Shown here: in pieces, positions 27,700-43,088 of the stretch
Layout of the letters: each line of letters opens with the position of its first letter
Position numbering within the stretch: the stretch's first letter is position 1
NCBI RefSeq assembly: GCF_009914755.1
Contig: NC_060941.1
Source of the DNA: the human T2T-CHM13v2.0 reference genome, Homo sapiens
Length of the DNA: 64,000 bases
Strand: one strand, 5' to 3'
Notes under the pieces: model-generated
What the model was told of the DNA's origin: nothing
Databases searched by the model: none
What the model saw: the letters and a program-made list of their open reading frames with translations, nothing else
Position numbers and translations under genes: made by a program

Positions 27700-28193
27700 A
27701 AATGGTGGCTTAGCCAAGTAGGAGTTGTTTTTTCTCATGTAGTAAGAAGTCTGGAGGTAAAACCAGTGACAGCTAGTGTGGCAGCCCCAGTATGCCATCA
27801 GCGATGCTATTAATTAGTCAGCTTTCCCAGCTGTGCTGCCATAAGGAATAACCCCAAATCTCAAAGGTCTCTTTGCTCCCATTAAATGCCCTTCACAAGT
27901 CAGCTGCAGTTCTGCCCCTATTATCTTCTTTCTGAGGTCCAAGCAGAAGGAGCAGCCCCTCTCTGGGACTTGCGGCCTCATGTCAAAGGAAAGGTAAAAT
28001 CATGGGATGGCACTGAACTTCTTCTCAAGCAGGGCATAGTCACTTCTGCTCACAACCCACTGGCTAATGCAAGACACACGGCCATGCCGGATTGAATGGC
28101 ATGGGAGTGCTCTCCTCTCCCGTGAAGTGGCAGGAGCCGGGGTCCTACAGAAAGGCACCATGAATATGTTTTGAACAAATCATTCAATCTACC
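27700..28193 (-). mobile_element. Old MaLR LTR fragments (MLT1I/J/K-like)
   Basis: AATAACCCCAAATCTCA...GAAGGAGCAGCC...CACTTCTGCTCACA.CCCACTGGC...CAATCTACCA. Confidence 0.65.
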
Positions 28194-28832
28194 AATAGGG
28201 ACCAAGGCACCATTGTCTTCTATTTCTAGCATGTGCCCCTTGTCCTCCTGGGCACCAGACTGAAGCTCAACCTTCTGGCATTTCACTTGAACAGTAAGAA
28301 AAATGAAAGATAAACAGAGACATGTATACATCAGCTGACACTACCCTCTTTCACAATTGTTTTCAAACCTTCACCCGTGACTTAAGGGATAACAGGTAGG
28401 TAACAGTACGTGCCACATACACATGATCATGGTTAATCTTCACAACCACCAAGGATGTGATGTTTGCTCCATTTCACAGATGAACGAACTGAGGCAAGAG
28501 AGTAAATGGCACATCCAAGATCACACAGCTGTTAAGTGGGTGGAGCTGGAGTTTCTCATCCAGATGTGTCTGTCTCCACGCCCTCTCTGCTGCCTTTCCA
28601 GTGACTGGAAGAGATCAACCGTTTGATTGGCTTATCAGCCCTCAATTGTTTCTACTTAAATGCACATGGGTGTACATGTGTGCATGTGTTCGAGACAGAT
28701 CTCAGCCACAGTTAATGCTGGATCTCAGTCTCAATACTGGATTCCCAAAACATGACCACATCCTCTAAGCTACCTCTGTCCACATCAGGTGGCATGTCCG
28801 TTAGTTTCAGCATAAGCCAGAACTAAAAACTA

Positions 28833-29417
<585 letters not shown>

Positions 29418-29646
29418 TTATCTAGCACAGGTAAGCTCTCTCCAGAAGTTAGTTTTCTTCCCTACTGAGACTTCATCAAAATGTCTTGTAAATGAAATTC
29501 CACTCCTCCTTCAATGTGCATAGTCATCCCAGAGCAGCTCTGTCTTGATTTCCCATAGATTATCAGTTGGTAGAAGCACTCAACATTACAGTTTTGCCAG
29601 TCCAAGAATATAGCCGACTGGATCAAGTTTTCCTAAGAGATTCCAG

Positions 29647-29670
29647 AAAAAAAAAAAAAAAAAAAAAAAA
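29647..29670 (+). repeat. Isolated A24 homopolymer
   Basis: 24 consecutive A with no adjacent SINE body. Confidence 0.95.
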
Positions 29671-30047
29671 GACAAGACTATCATGAACATCTTTGTATGA
29701 TCTGATGCTTTGGTCTGATTACTATTCGGGGGGAATCCACTCTACCACTCTCTCCATTCATTCCATAAATGTACATCAAAAGTCCCTTTCAAGAGACATC
29801 GTGAATACTGAAGAAAGCCCTCCAAGGAGACCTGTAAACAGCAGAGCATGTTGGGAGCTATGTAAGCATTTGATGTATCTGGAGTATAAATTTTGTCTAA
29901 GCTTGGGGTCTGTTTTGAAGGCTGACTTGTGTACAGAGCACTTGTCTAGGTGCCAGTGAAATACCAAGGAGCCTGGGCCCTCAAGTGCCCACAGTCTTTT
30001 GAAGGAGAGATTGTGATGTGCGAGCAGAGATATAAATGCATTTGTTA

Positions 30048-30389
<342 letters not shown>

Positions 30390-30559
30390 TCAATATACTG
30401 TGGCTGGAATGAGATGGGGAGGAGTGGGAGGCAGAGGTAGAGGCAGAAGAGAACCTCCCATTGCTTTATTGATGATGCTGGAGGCTTTAGTGCATGTTAG
30501 GGAGGGGAGTGAGTCTTCAGGAACCATTCCATTTGCCATCTTTGGTGGCATCTTGATAA

Positions 30560-31155
30560 TATTTTGGTGATTACCTCCCCTTCTTGGAAACAGTTGAATC
30601 TCCCAGTGATTTCCATAAAAGGTTCAGGTGAGTGAGACACTGATCCCCTCTGTCCTGGTTGGGGAGGCAGTGTTTAGCAGTCACTTATGACCAGAAGTAG
30701 CCTTACGATAAGGAAGAACAACTTATCCTTTCACTCCATCATGTCTTATAAGCGTAGTATCCTTTGCATGTCAGAATACAAAAACAGTTGAGAAAAAAGG
30801 CAACCAATCCCTGAAGGACTATTTATCAAGGCATCCTGACCTCAATGGTCGACAGGGAGGGAACCCGATCAAGGATAGAACCCGATCAAGGTCAACAGAA
30901 AATTCCCTTACTAGAACTTGATTCATGAGCAGTGTCCGGGACTAAGAACATTTTCTCCAGTGGCAGCACCTGGATGAGGCTGCTGAGGAGTTCCTGCTAC
31001 TGACACCCTCTGAAGCTCCTGTCTGGCCTTGTCTTTTCCAAACCTAAGTTTGTCACCTCTTCTCTTATAAGCTCCCTTTAATGCCTCCAATAAATTCTCT
31101 TTTTCATTTAAGTTAACCCATCAGTATCTGCTGCTTACAACCAAGGAACGCTAGC
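30560..31155 (+). mobile_element. Old ERVL-type solo LTR (subfamily and 5' end uncertain)
   Basis: Typical LTR 3' end CCAATAAATTCTCTTTTT...TTAAGTTAACC...TGCTTACAACCAAGGAAC. Confidence 0.5.
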
Positions 31156-31189
31156 CAATTCTGTGGTTGCTGTGTGGCATGATGCATGG

Positions 31190-31191
<2 letters not shown>

Positions 31192-31221
<30 letters not shown>
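31192..31221. repeat. (GT)15 microsatellite
   Basis: Directly visible. Confidence 0.95.
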
Positions 31222-31224
<3 letters not shown>

Positions 31225-32281
31225 TGTTTTGTGTAACTTAAGGTCCCAAACACCCTTGTACCTGTGAAAGCTGAAGCCCTTCTTTGCCTTCTCACTCTCA
31301 TCTCCATTCTGCCTTCCCAGTTTCTAAACCTTCCCCTAAAGTCCTCGGGGGCCAGAAGATGGGGTGGGAAGCAGCTATAAAACCTGACCCACCTCTCAGA
31401 GGTGTGCTGGCAATTATAGGGCTGGTGACTGAGCACTGGGGAAGGTAGGAGCACGACCCACGAGAGGAGGGGAAAGCAGAAATACGTTTCTGGGGCCCGG
31501 GGGCTGTGGGGTCTGTGCTACATGTAAGTACAAATCTCACGGAACGATCCTAAGTTGGTCTGCCCTTTAGGGTGGGAGGGAACTTTTTCTTTTCCACCAG
31601 GGTCTGAGTCCACCCCTCTTGGCTGCCATGGTGGGAAGTTTGGAAGGAGTTTCCACCTGTCTTTAAAGAAGCCACTTAGCTCCAGACAACCAGGGGTGGG
31701 CCACCAGGGTGATATACAGAGATGAGCAATATAGCTGGCATTTACTATTGAAAACACATAGGAGCAAATATTTGGCTAAGTGTTTATTTGCTAGTGGAAC
31801 TTTTTAATGGTTGAATGGAGTCCAAGTGTCAGCGTGGGGATTTTGATTTAAAACAGACTGAAGAAGTGTTTCTCCACAGTTGTAAGCTTGGAGAGTTTCG
31901 TTTCTTTGGCTCTTGGAATCCGCAGTGGGCTGTGTTCCTCAATTCCAGACAGCCTCATGGGGAGCCCCACCCCGGTGGGCTCTTCCTGCCTCTGCAGCCA
32001 GCAAGGCAAGGGCCTCGTGTCCCTTCATCAAAACTGGATCCCAGCCCCCTTCAGGCCCAGTGCAGAGCTTGGAGCGATAAGAAACATCCTCTATGCCTCT
32101 GGGTGTGTTCTGTTGCAGAGCAGCCACTGGGGGCAGCTAGCTCTGAGCATCACTCTGGTGATGACCAAAGCTCTGCAGATCCGGACTCATCCATCTGTCT
32201 TGCCTTCTCCCTTTCTTACTTGTTTTTTTTCTCTCCATGTGATGTTTAGTGCTTGTGAGGTGCATGTCTCTTGCTTTTAAC

Positions 32282-32487
32282 TCTGAGCAGCTGGGGGCAG
32301 GGAAGGGTGAGACTGTCCTTTGATAAGGTGTCTCCTGACCGCACATTTCTCTCCCAGGAATAAAACAGTCCAGCATCTCCTGGGTCTGAGCAGCTGGGGT
32401 CAGGGAAGACTGAGACTGTCCTTTGCCAAGGGTTTCCCGACTACACATCTTCTCTACCGGGAAGAAAACAATCCAGCATCTCCTGGA
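32282..32487 (+). repeat. Tandem duplication, 2 x ~103 bp
   Basis: TCTGAGCAGCTGGGG..CAGGGAAG..TGAGACTGTCCTTTG...CCAGCATCTCCTGG starts at both 32282 and 32385. Confidence 0.9.
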
Positions 32488-32489
32488 TC

Positions 32490-33038
<549 letters not shown>

Positions 33039-33487
33039 TTATGGGCCATTATGCTGACAAGGACTCAAGGCCTGTGAACATCAAAGAAGACAAGCAGGGG
33101 CTCATCTATTAAAACCTGTGGTTCTTAGGAAGGATGGCCGTCCACAGCTCGGGCAGAGCAGAGCCCATTCTGAACTGCTGGCTTCCTCTATAGCAGGATC
33201 CAAAATTCCAAGACACTTGTTGGGCACAATCAGAGATCAGCTGCTATTGTCATCCCCTCCTCAAATTCATTCTGCTCAAGAAAATGGGCAGAGGAAATAG
33301 CAGAGAGGAAATAGCTTAGGCCCTTGCCCTGTTGTCCTCTGGAAACATTCCTCCCTCCCTCCTATATTCCCACCTGGGCTTCTGAGGCTACAGACCTAGG
33401 TACATGACTGGGAACAATTACATACCATCTCTGAGCCTCTGGGGCCTCCTCTGTAAAATGGGGATAATCAGGCCTCCAGGAGACAAT

Positions 33488-33793
<306 letters not shown>

Positions 33794-34340
33794 AGAAGCA
33801 GCATGATTAAATAAGAGATATTAAATAAGAGGACACCTTGCAAGACAGTGTAGGCACTAAGCAGTCACTCAAAAAATTGTTACACTCCCCCCTGCCCCAC
33901 TGCCATCACCACACACACACATGCACACACGCTTCCACTGAATCACATACGGGAATGCCTTCTTCCTAAAAGGGAAGGAAAAGTCCACACCTCCGGTCTA
34001 AGGCAGCTCCCCACACTCACCTGAAAGACTGAATAGTCAAAGCCAGTCCTTTACCCCTTGCAACTCTGCAAATTGCCAGCAAACAAGGCTGCTCATGATA
34101 GGTGGCCCTGGAGTTTGGCCAGATTCCTGAGAGGGAGAAAAAACATCACATTGAATGTCCAGGAGACAGTCCCCAAAGAGAAACTGTTGTTACTGAGGGA
34201 CCCCTGCCTTGCCTCTGCTGGTCTGACCTGAGTATTGTGGCAGGAAACGCCTCTGCAATGAAGCATCATTAACTGCAGGGACTTCAATTCCTCACAACAG
34301 GCCTGCTAGGTGCTGAGGAATCATCTCATCCCCCATCTCA

Positions 34341-34780
<440 letters not shown>

Positions 34781-35403
34781 AAAAGCATACTGGGTGTTGC
34801 AAAATAAGGTTATACCTAGCAAAAAGAAAAATAGGTTTCATTTCAATTATACAAATTACTAAAAGTTAGACAAATGTGGTATTGAACATCAGTGAAAAGA
34901 AAATTAAGAAATCTTTCTTTAGACAGTGGGGATAAGTAATCCAATAGGAATTATGTAAAAACTACTCTACTTTTTTGTGAAAATAAGTCTTTCCTCCCTT
35001 TTCTTTCCTCTTTCCTCCCTGCCCCCTCCCCACATACACACAATTGTTCTGCAGTTGTTCCAAATGAGGGAGAGAATGAAACAACACATAATTAAAAGGA
35101 TGACACATTCATAGTTTTTGTAATACTATTCTCTAATTGGAGCATCACTCCAACTTTATGTCGTATGTAGCTTTTGTTTTCCATGTGAAGAGAAAACAGA
35201 GATACGGTCATTTTCCCAGCATCATGTAGCAACTTAGTATCGGAAACTTCTAGCCCAAGTGGCCTCTAACACTAAAAGTCCTTGCTTTCTCCACCATTCT
35301 TCTGCCTCCCCTTGAGACTCCTAATGGGGCTCTGGTCAGACTGGCTTCTGGATTTTCGATATTCTTAGCAGAAAAACATGTCTGGATGTATAATTACACT
35401 GAT

Positions 35404-35752
35404 TATATGTATATGTACATATATATGCATATATGTGTGTATGCACACATATACACATCTGTAATATATATTTGTATATTTAAATATGTATATAATACAT
35501 ATACACATATGTAATATCTGTTTCAAAAATCTTACATCTTATACGTATGCCTACAAATGTGAGTGTATAAAAGACAACTGTTTGGAAATGAGAAGGAGGA
35601 AAAAGGAAAAGAGAATGCAGAAGAGGAAGTGTGTGAGGGAGGAAGAGAAGAAAAAGGGGGTAGAAAAGTAAGAGGAGGAGTCAAAAGAAAAAGAGAGGGG
35701 TGGGTGAGTGAAAGAATTGCCAGAAGAGGAAATAGAGAAAGTGAAGATGAAG
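35404..35752. repeat. (TA/TG)-rich then GA-rich low-complexity tracts
   Basis: TATATGTATATG... at 35404-35515; purine-dominated run at 35588-35752. Confidence 0.85.
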
Positions 35753-36202
35753 ACATCTCTTCTCAGCAAAATAAATAGCCGTACCCACTCTGAGGCCATT
35801 AACTTGCCAGAAATTCTCAGGAGGCTCCTTGGGCCCAAGAAAGCAGGTTCAGCCAGTGAGGACTCCTCGAAGCCAGTTTTGTCTCAAGAGCCACAGACTC
35901 CGAGACCCTTGTTCCATGTATGCCAGAAGGTGGAGATGACTTGGGTGTGGCTGATGGAGAAGGTGTGTACTCAGCCCAGTTCAGGAATGCTGGACAGCTG
36001 CCTGCTCCGACCCTCCCTTCCTGAAGCTGTTCAGGGCACCCTCCAACCCAGGCACCTCATGTCCAGGTGTCCAAATGTCATCAGTTTCTCCCTGGGCCTG
36101 GCCTAAGGGGCTTCTTCCCCACCCTCTCTGTATACCCGGAGATGTAGCCTGGCAACCTCATCATGTCTGTTTCCCCATCTGTAGCTTGGGCTTTGGGATT
36201 AC

Positions 36203-36522
36203 TATCTTGGATTGTGCAGACTGTTATAAGAGAATACCATCAACTGGGTGGCTTAAACACAGTAGACATTTACAGATCCAGGATCTAATTTGGGCCCACT
36301 TCCTGGTTTCTACACAACCACCTTCTTGCTGTGTCTACACATGGTGGAAGGGACAAGGGAACTCTCTGGGGTCTCTTTTACAAGGGCACTAATACCATTC
36401 ACGAGGGCTCCAATATCACGGCCTAATCACCTGCCCAAGGCCCCATCTTCTCATACCATAACATTGGGGATTCATTTTCTACATGAATTTTTGGAGGAGA
36501 CATAAAGATTCCATCCATAGCA
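36203..36522 (-). mobile_element. MaLR LTR (MLT1A/MST-like)
   Basis: ACTGGGTGGCTTAAAC...CTCTCTGGGGTCTCTTTTACAAGGGCACTAAT...CCTAATCACCTGCCCAAGGCCCCA...CCATAGCA. Confidence 0.85.
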
Positions 36523-37073
36523 AGTATCCTCCACATCAGAAGTCATGAAGAGTAAATGAACGTGCAGACACAACTTGGCTCTGAGTCAGTCTCAATAGCT
36601 ACCAGCCCTTGTTGTTCTTATTATTACCTGGGCTGAATCCACTTCGTCTGGTTTGCATAGCTATGGCTTTCTTTCATTATGCAGCAAGGTTCCTGGGTTG
36701 TCAATCTCAAGCTGACTGTGCACTGAAGACTCCAGGTCTTAAGTCTAAGGAAACCAGATATGGGATTTCTGGCATTTGGGGGCTGATGATGGGGGAGAAA
36801 GACTGTATTCACTTAGAGGACATTTATTGCAGACCTACTCTGTGCACACTCCTATCCACATGCTCAGCAGTGCCAGTACAAACACGGGACACAGTGAAGC
36901 ACCCAACACTCCTTCCAAAACTTTTCTTCCTCCTTTCTCTTTTTAAAAAATTACTTATGTGTCTCTCTGTCTCTCTAAATAAACTGTTAGTTCCTTGAGG
37001 CCAGGGACTATGTCTTGCTCCTTTTTACTTCCCACAACATGTGGCACAGAATAGACACTTAATAAATATCTGG

Positions 37074-37720
<647 letters not shown>

Positions 37721-37731
37721 GATAGACAGAT

Positions 37732-37787
<56 letters not shown>

Positions 37788-37811
37788 CATAGATAGATCA
37801 ATAGATAGATA
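37721..37811. repeat. (GATA)n tetranucleotide STR
   Basis: 14 perfect GATA units at 37732-37787 plus imperfect flanks. Confidence 0.97.
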
Positions 37812-38329
37812 TCTGGAAAATAAGCCAACAACAAAACAATGAGAGTCCCAGGTGCAGGTCTCTAGTGGAGACGGGGAAGACCCCCCTTATCTCCCATCAC
37901 CATCAGAAACTGTGAGCAGCATCTTAGTCAAGCCAAAAGAACTTGAACTGTGGAGGCAATCACACTGTGATCTCTGAGTCACTGTGTGACTGGGACAAGT
38001 GACTCCAGATATATGAGTTTGTTTCCTCATCTTTCAAATAAAAATATACTCCACAGTTGTTGGAAGGGGGAAACAAGAGAATTAGATGGTGGCACTTGAA
38101 GCATAGAAGGGCTCTATCTAGCACCCTTCTTTTCTGTGCCTTTCTCTAGATAACAACAGCACAGAGCCCAACTCCTTCAACAAACTCAGGAAACTAAAAG
38201 AACACCAGGTCACCCAAGAAGTAACTAGCTTCATCCTATAAGAAATATACCCTTTCAGAATTTTGCAGGAACACTTTGGGGATATATGGTTTTAAGTCAA
38301 TGGCATTTTCATAAAATAATAACAGTATT

Positions 38330-38520
38330 CTGGTGGTTGCTTTAAATATACATTATATCTCATTGAATATTTGTATCAGTTCTATGGAGTAGGTGTCCAT
38401 AGAAGAGGGGACAGAGTTCTTAAACACTCACCCAAATTTGCACAGCTCATGGTGAAAGAGCCAGGATTTGAACATTCCCTTGTGGATCTGTCTGATTCTA
38501 AAGTATATTCTCTTTCTCCT
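38330..38520 (-). mobile_element. MIR SINE
   Basis: CACAGCTCATGGTGAAAGAGCCAGGATTTGAAC...TCTGTCTGATTCTAAAG. Confidence 0.65.
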
Positions 38521-39743
38521 CCACCCCATGGCCTCTGTCCTTGTATGTTGAAATAACTTTTCATTCTCATCAGGAGCTGCAGTCAGAAGATGAAGGAATG
38601 AAAATGGGGCGGGGTAGGGTGTGTGGGAAACGGGGCCAAGAATCCCTGTCCTTTCTGAAATGAGTAGAAACATTCCAATTCCATTTTTACTGTCTATTGC
38701 ATTGTAAAAGCATAAAGGCTTCAGCCAAACCCCTAAATATTTAAAGAGTAACAGAACTCCAGATTAAATTAATATCCACGTTCAAACAGTAGCTGCAATG
38801 GGGCAATTGCCAAGTTATTTCTACCCTCATGAGAAAGGAAAGAAAGAAAATATTAGCCGGGACCTTCGATCTGGAGCGCTGAAATCAGATCCCAACAGGG
38901 CAATTCTGTGCTGGGGAGCTTTAGTACAATCAAATCTTTTCATGTTTCAACTCAGCCTACTCCTTTCTCACTGGGCTCCTGGCTAACAGCTTCCCTCCAG
39001 CGACGCTGAATTGGTACCAAAGTGATCTGGACTGTTTTGACACTAAGCATCAATTCCACAGACTTGGTTTTCATCGACAAATCAATTATTCTAGCTCATT
39101 ACAAGGCCAGAGTGAGTTTTCCCATCAGAATAGAAACTTTCATTCATTCTGCCTTTCATTTGCCCAGGAAGGAAAAACAAAGGAAGGCAGGAGGGAGCTA
39201 TGCTCAAGTTATTAGAGAATGCCCACATGTTTTCTCCCTGGGACAGAACCCAGAGAGATGAAATGTCACTGAGCCAACTATGCAGAGTTCCAGGAGGAGG
39301 ATTTGGGCTTCCTGAGAACAGCCCAATCTGTCTGCATCATCTCCATCTCAGAGCCACCAAGAGGCACCCCTGATAGAAGCTTCAGAAAAGCAGAGAGAGA
39401 GGAGCGGGTTGGCTTGGCAGAAGGTGAAATCAAGCCACAGAGGAAAGCTGTGGGATAAAAGCTGTATTAGATTCCAGCCCTTCTCCTGCAAGGAGACAAT
39501 CGCCCCAACACCATAAGCAGCCCATTAGAGAGAGCACCCGCTATGTACCGGGTCCCAAGACAGGCACATGCATTGCAATCCTCCCAATGCCTTCCACTGG
39601 GAGTCAGTATAAGAAGCACAGTCCAGCGCAACAAGGAACTGCTCTCCACTTATTCCCAGTCTATGACCCGGAAGAGAGGACCCCTGGGAAAAAAGACTGC
39701 GAGCGACTTCAATGTCAAGGAAAGTTGCTCTCCAGAGAAACCA

Positions 39744-40119
<376 letters not shown>

Positions 40120-40429
40120 TAATAGACAACATGAATCTTCTCAATGATGTCTTCTGCTTTATTCTGGCCAACTAAAAGCTCAGAAACAAATTTACTAAAC
40201 AACTTTAATAATTGTGCAAGATTCCAAGTTGTGCATGCCTGTGTACTAACCCTGCCTTCGCTTCATATTTCTGTTCAGCCCTTCTTTTCTTTTTGCCATG
40301 GTTTCTTTAATACACTACATTTTTTAAAAGAGCTGTCTTGTCTCCTGTCTGGAAAGAAAAGAAGTATAAGGGATCAAATCAATCTTCCATTAAATAAATA
40401 AACAAAATGCAAACTTTGGTTTTATTCTC

Positions 40430-40592
40430 ACAAAGCCTGTTGGGACAGTGATCATTGTCCTCAAGTTTTGGCTGAGAAGATTCTGGCACAGAGAGCTTAA
40501 GTAACTTACCCAAAGTCACACAGCTAATAAGGGACATGGCCAAGATGCTAACTCATGTTTTTCTGACTTAAAAGCCCATGCTCTTTCCACTG
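40430..40592 (-). mobile_element. MIR SINE
   Basis: CACAGAGAGCTTAAGTAACTTACCCAAAGTCACACAGCTAATAAG...AAAGCCCATGCTCTTTCCACT. Confidence 0.8.
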
Positions 40593-41847
40593 CCCTGTGC
40601 TGCCAGATATTACCCCCAAAGCTTTCCCTGGCCTCTTGATCTAGGAGGTCTCAAGGCCTCAGGACCTTTCAGAGTCCAAGAGTCGAGCATAGAACCAGCC
40701 ACTGCTCCCATCTTCTCCCCTTTCACCAGGACAGGACAAGAGGACACAGGTGCAGGCTCCAACTCCACATCCCAATCCAGCCCAAGCCTGGCCAGTCTTG
40801 AGCCAGCATGTCAAGGGCTTGGCGCCTTCATTCCGGAGCCCGCATGTGCTGGGAGGAAAGCCTCATGCATGTGTTTCTGATTTGCATGCATCCCGCCTGG
40901 TCTCCACAGAGCCATTCCAAGTCCGAGAAGCTGTGGGAGCCTTTTTTATTTTTTTACACACACCCCCCTTCTCTTCCTATCCCTCTCTCTGACAGCTTTT
41001 CTCTTTGAATCAGAGAACTAGACTCTGCCAAGTGAAAATGTAACTCAAACCTCAAAGGGCTCAACAGCCTCTAGAAACTCGCAAGGCACGATCACCCTAG
41101 AGATGCAGCGCTCTGCTGTCGGGACTCCCGCTGGGCGCAGCTCTCTGCCTGCCAGAGGGTGGGGTGGGGGCAGGGGGAGACTGCACTAGGATCTGGGTAT
41201 TTTTAGTTGATAATGATTTTAAATGGCCTTGAGCCTTCGGCCTAGAGGTAGGAGTGATTTCTCCACTTTATAGGCAAGTAAGTGAGACTCTGAGAGTTTA
41301 AGACCCCTTTATTTATTTAGCGCCTACTATGTGCTGAGTGCTATACATACACATCTCTCCATCCTCACAGTAATCCAGGAGGGCAGGTGGCAGCTTCCAA
41401 GGGGGTGCCATCTTCCCTTCATCACACAGCTTGTAAAAAGTGAAGTCTGAACTCAAACCCAGGACTATGTGATTCCAAAGAATTTTTTTCTACCGTGCAG
41501 CAGGGCATCCAGAGAAGGTGGGGAGCACCCCAAGAGCCGCTAGCAGGGAAATGGGGGCACGCACTTAAAACCACCCAATATTTCCCCTGAGCATCACAAA
41601 CAAGCAAAAGATTCACCAAGCCAAGCCTGTTATCTATCTACTTGCCAGGGAGGAATTGAGCATTCCCGGCAGGTGAGTTTATCTGGAAATGGCTTTCCCA
41701 AGGAGGTGAGTCCTAGGCTGGACTGTGGAGGATGGGGAGCAGCAGCCACTGAGGGCAAGCGGCTAAAGTGAGCAGTATTTGTCTTTGAGACCCCTTTCCC
41801 GAGTCACCACCACCACCGCTGCCACCAAGACTGGCTACATCATTTCC

Positions 41848-41980
41848 TGGCATAATGCCAAATGAAAATGTGGGGCCTCATGTTCAAAAACTATTCTATT
41901 CAGGATGGTGACAGGAGAACATTAACCAAGCACAGAGCCCTGTGTAGCTGCTCAGGAGGATGCCCGTGAAGCAGGCCCTC
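41848..41980. mobile_element. MER45A-like (hAT-Tip100)
   Basis: AAATGAAAATGTGGGGCC..TGTTCAAAAA...CATTAACCAAGCACAGAGCCC...GCCCGTGAAGCAGGCCCT. Confidence 0.7.
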
Positions 41981-42925
41981 GGTGACTCCCTCCATATCCA
42001 CTTCAGAGCCTAGGAGCCACCTTGCAGATCATCCAGTCCCAGAAGCCCAGAGGGACTGCACAAGGCTTAGGAGCTCATAGGTGGTCTGGCAGGGACCATC
42101 CCCAACATACCTGTGTCCCCATCTAGGGCTCTCTCCAAATATGCCATTGCCTACCTAATCTGATCTCAAGCAGGCTTGTAAATACCTGTTGATTTAATTC
42201 CATTGGGGAACAAAAAGTGATATTCATTCACAACCAAGTGTGAATAATCAGTACCAGTTTAAACTGTGACCCTCCCACAGGGATTTTCATTTTCACAGAG
42301 ATCAAAGCTTTAAGCTCAAGAAATACACTTCACTTGTTGGCCCTTTAGGCATCAAAGAGTAGATGAGGAGGGGTGCTGGGGACAGAAGAGATAAGGCATT
42401 TACCTGCCCCACCCATGGGTCAGGCCAATCCCAGAGAGGCAATACATAGAGAGGCCTGGAGCTAGATCTTAGGGACCCCTGCTGGCTTCTCGCAGTGGTT
42501 CAAACAAGGACTTAATTTTCATCACGAGGTCTTACTCCGGCTACTGGCCACTGCACTCTCCACCACAGCAAATCTCTCTCTATGCGAAGCTAGGCCTCCC
42601 ACAACTTTGGCTTTTCCCCCAACCTTGGTGTGGGATCAATTCTTTCCCAAAACCAGAGGTGAAAAAGGAAAGGAGAGACGGGGAGGAAACAGGATGGAGG
42701 GCAGATGGGAGGAAGGAAAGGGGGGACAGAAGAAAGGAAAAACATTCATTTTGCTTTTAATTGATTGTAAGCTTCATGAGGACAGAGACCATAGCTGACT
42801 TATTCCCCCGGAGTCTAAGGCAACCAAGGCAGCCCGTGCAATGCCTGATATACTATAGGTGCTCAATAAATATTATGGATGGGGGAACAGATGGACTGAT
42901 AGCTGGTGGATGCATAGGTGTACAT

Positions 42926-43088
42926 GTAGATGGATGGACATGTGGATGGATGAGTAGATGGATGGATGGATGGATGGATGGATGGATGGATGGATGGATG
43001 AATTGATGGAGAGTCAGTAGGTGAACGGATGAAAGGATGATGAACAGTCGTGTACATCAATGGGTTAATGGATGGATGGGTCGATAGA
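42926..43088. repeat. (GGAT)n tetranucleotide at an L2 3' end
   Basis: Perfect GGAT run at ~42957-43000 with degenerate flanks. Confidence 0.9.

Noticed and set aside
35486-36106. Lys/Glu-rich ORFs
   Set aside because: They arise from a GA-rich low-complexity tract, with no domain similarity or convincing splice structure
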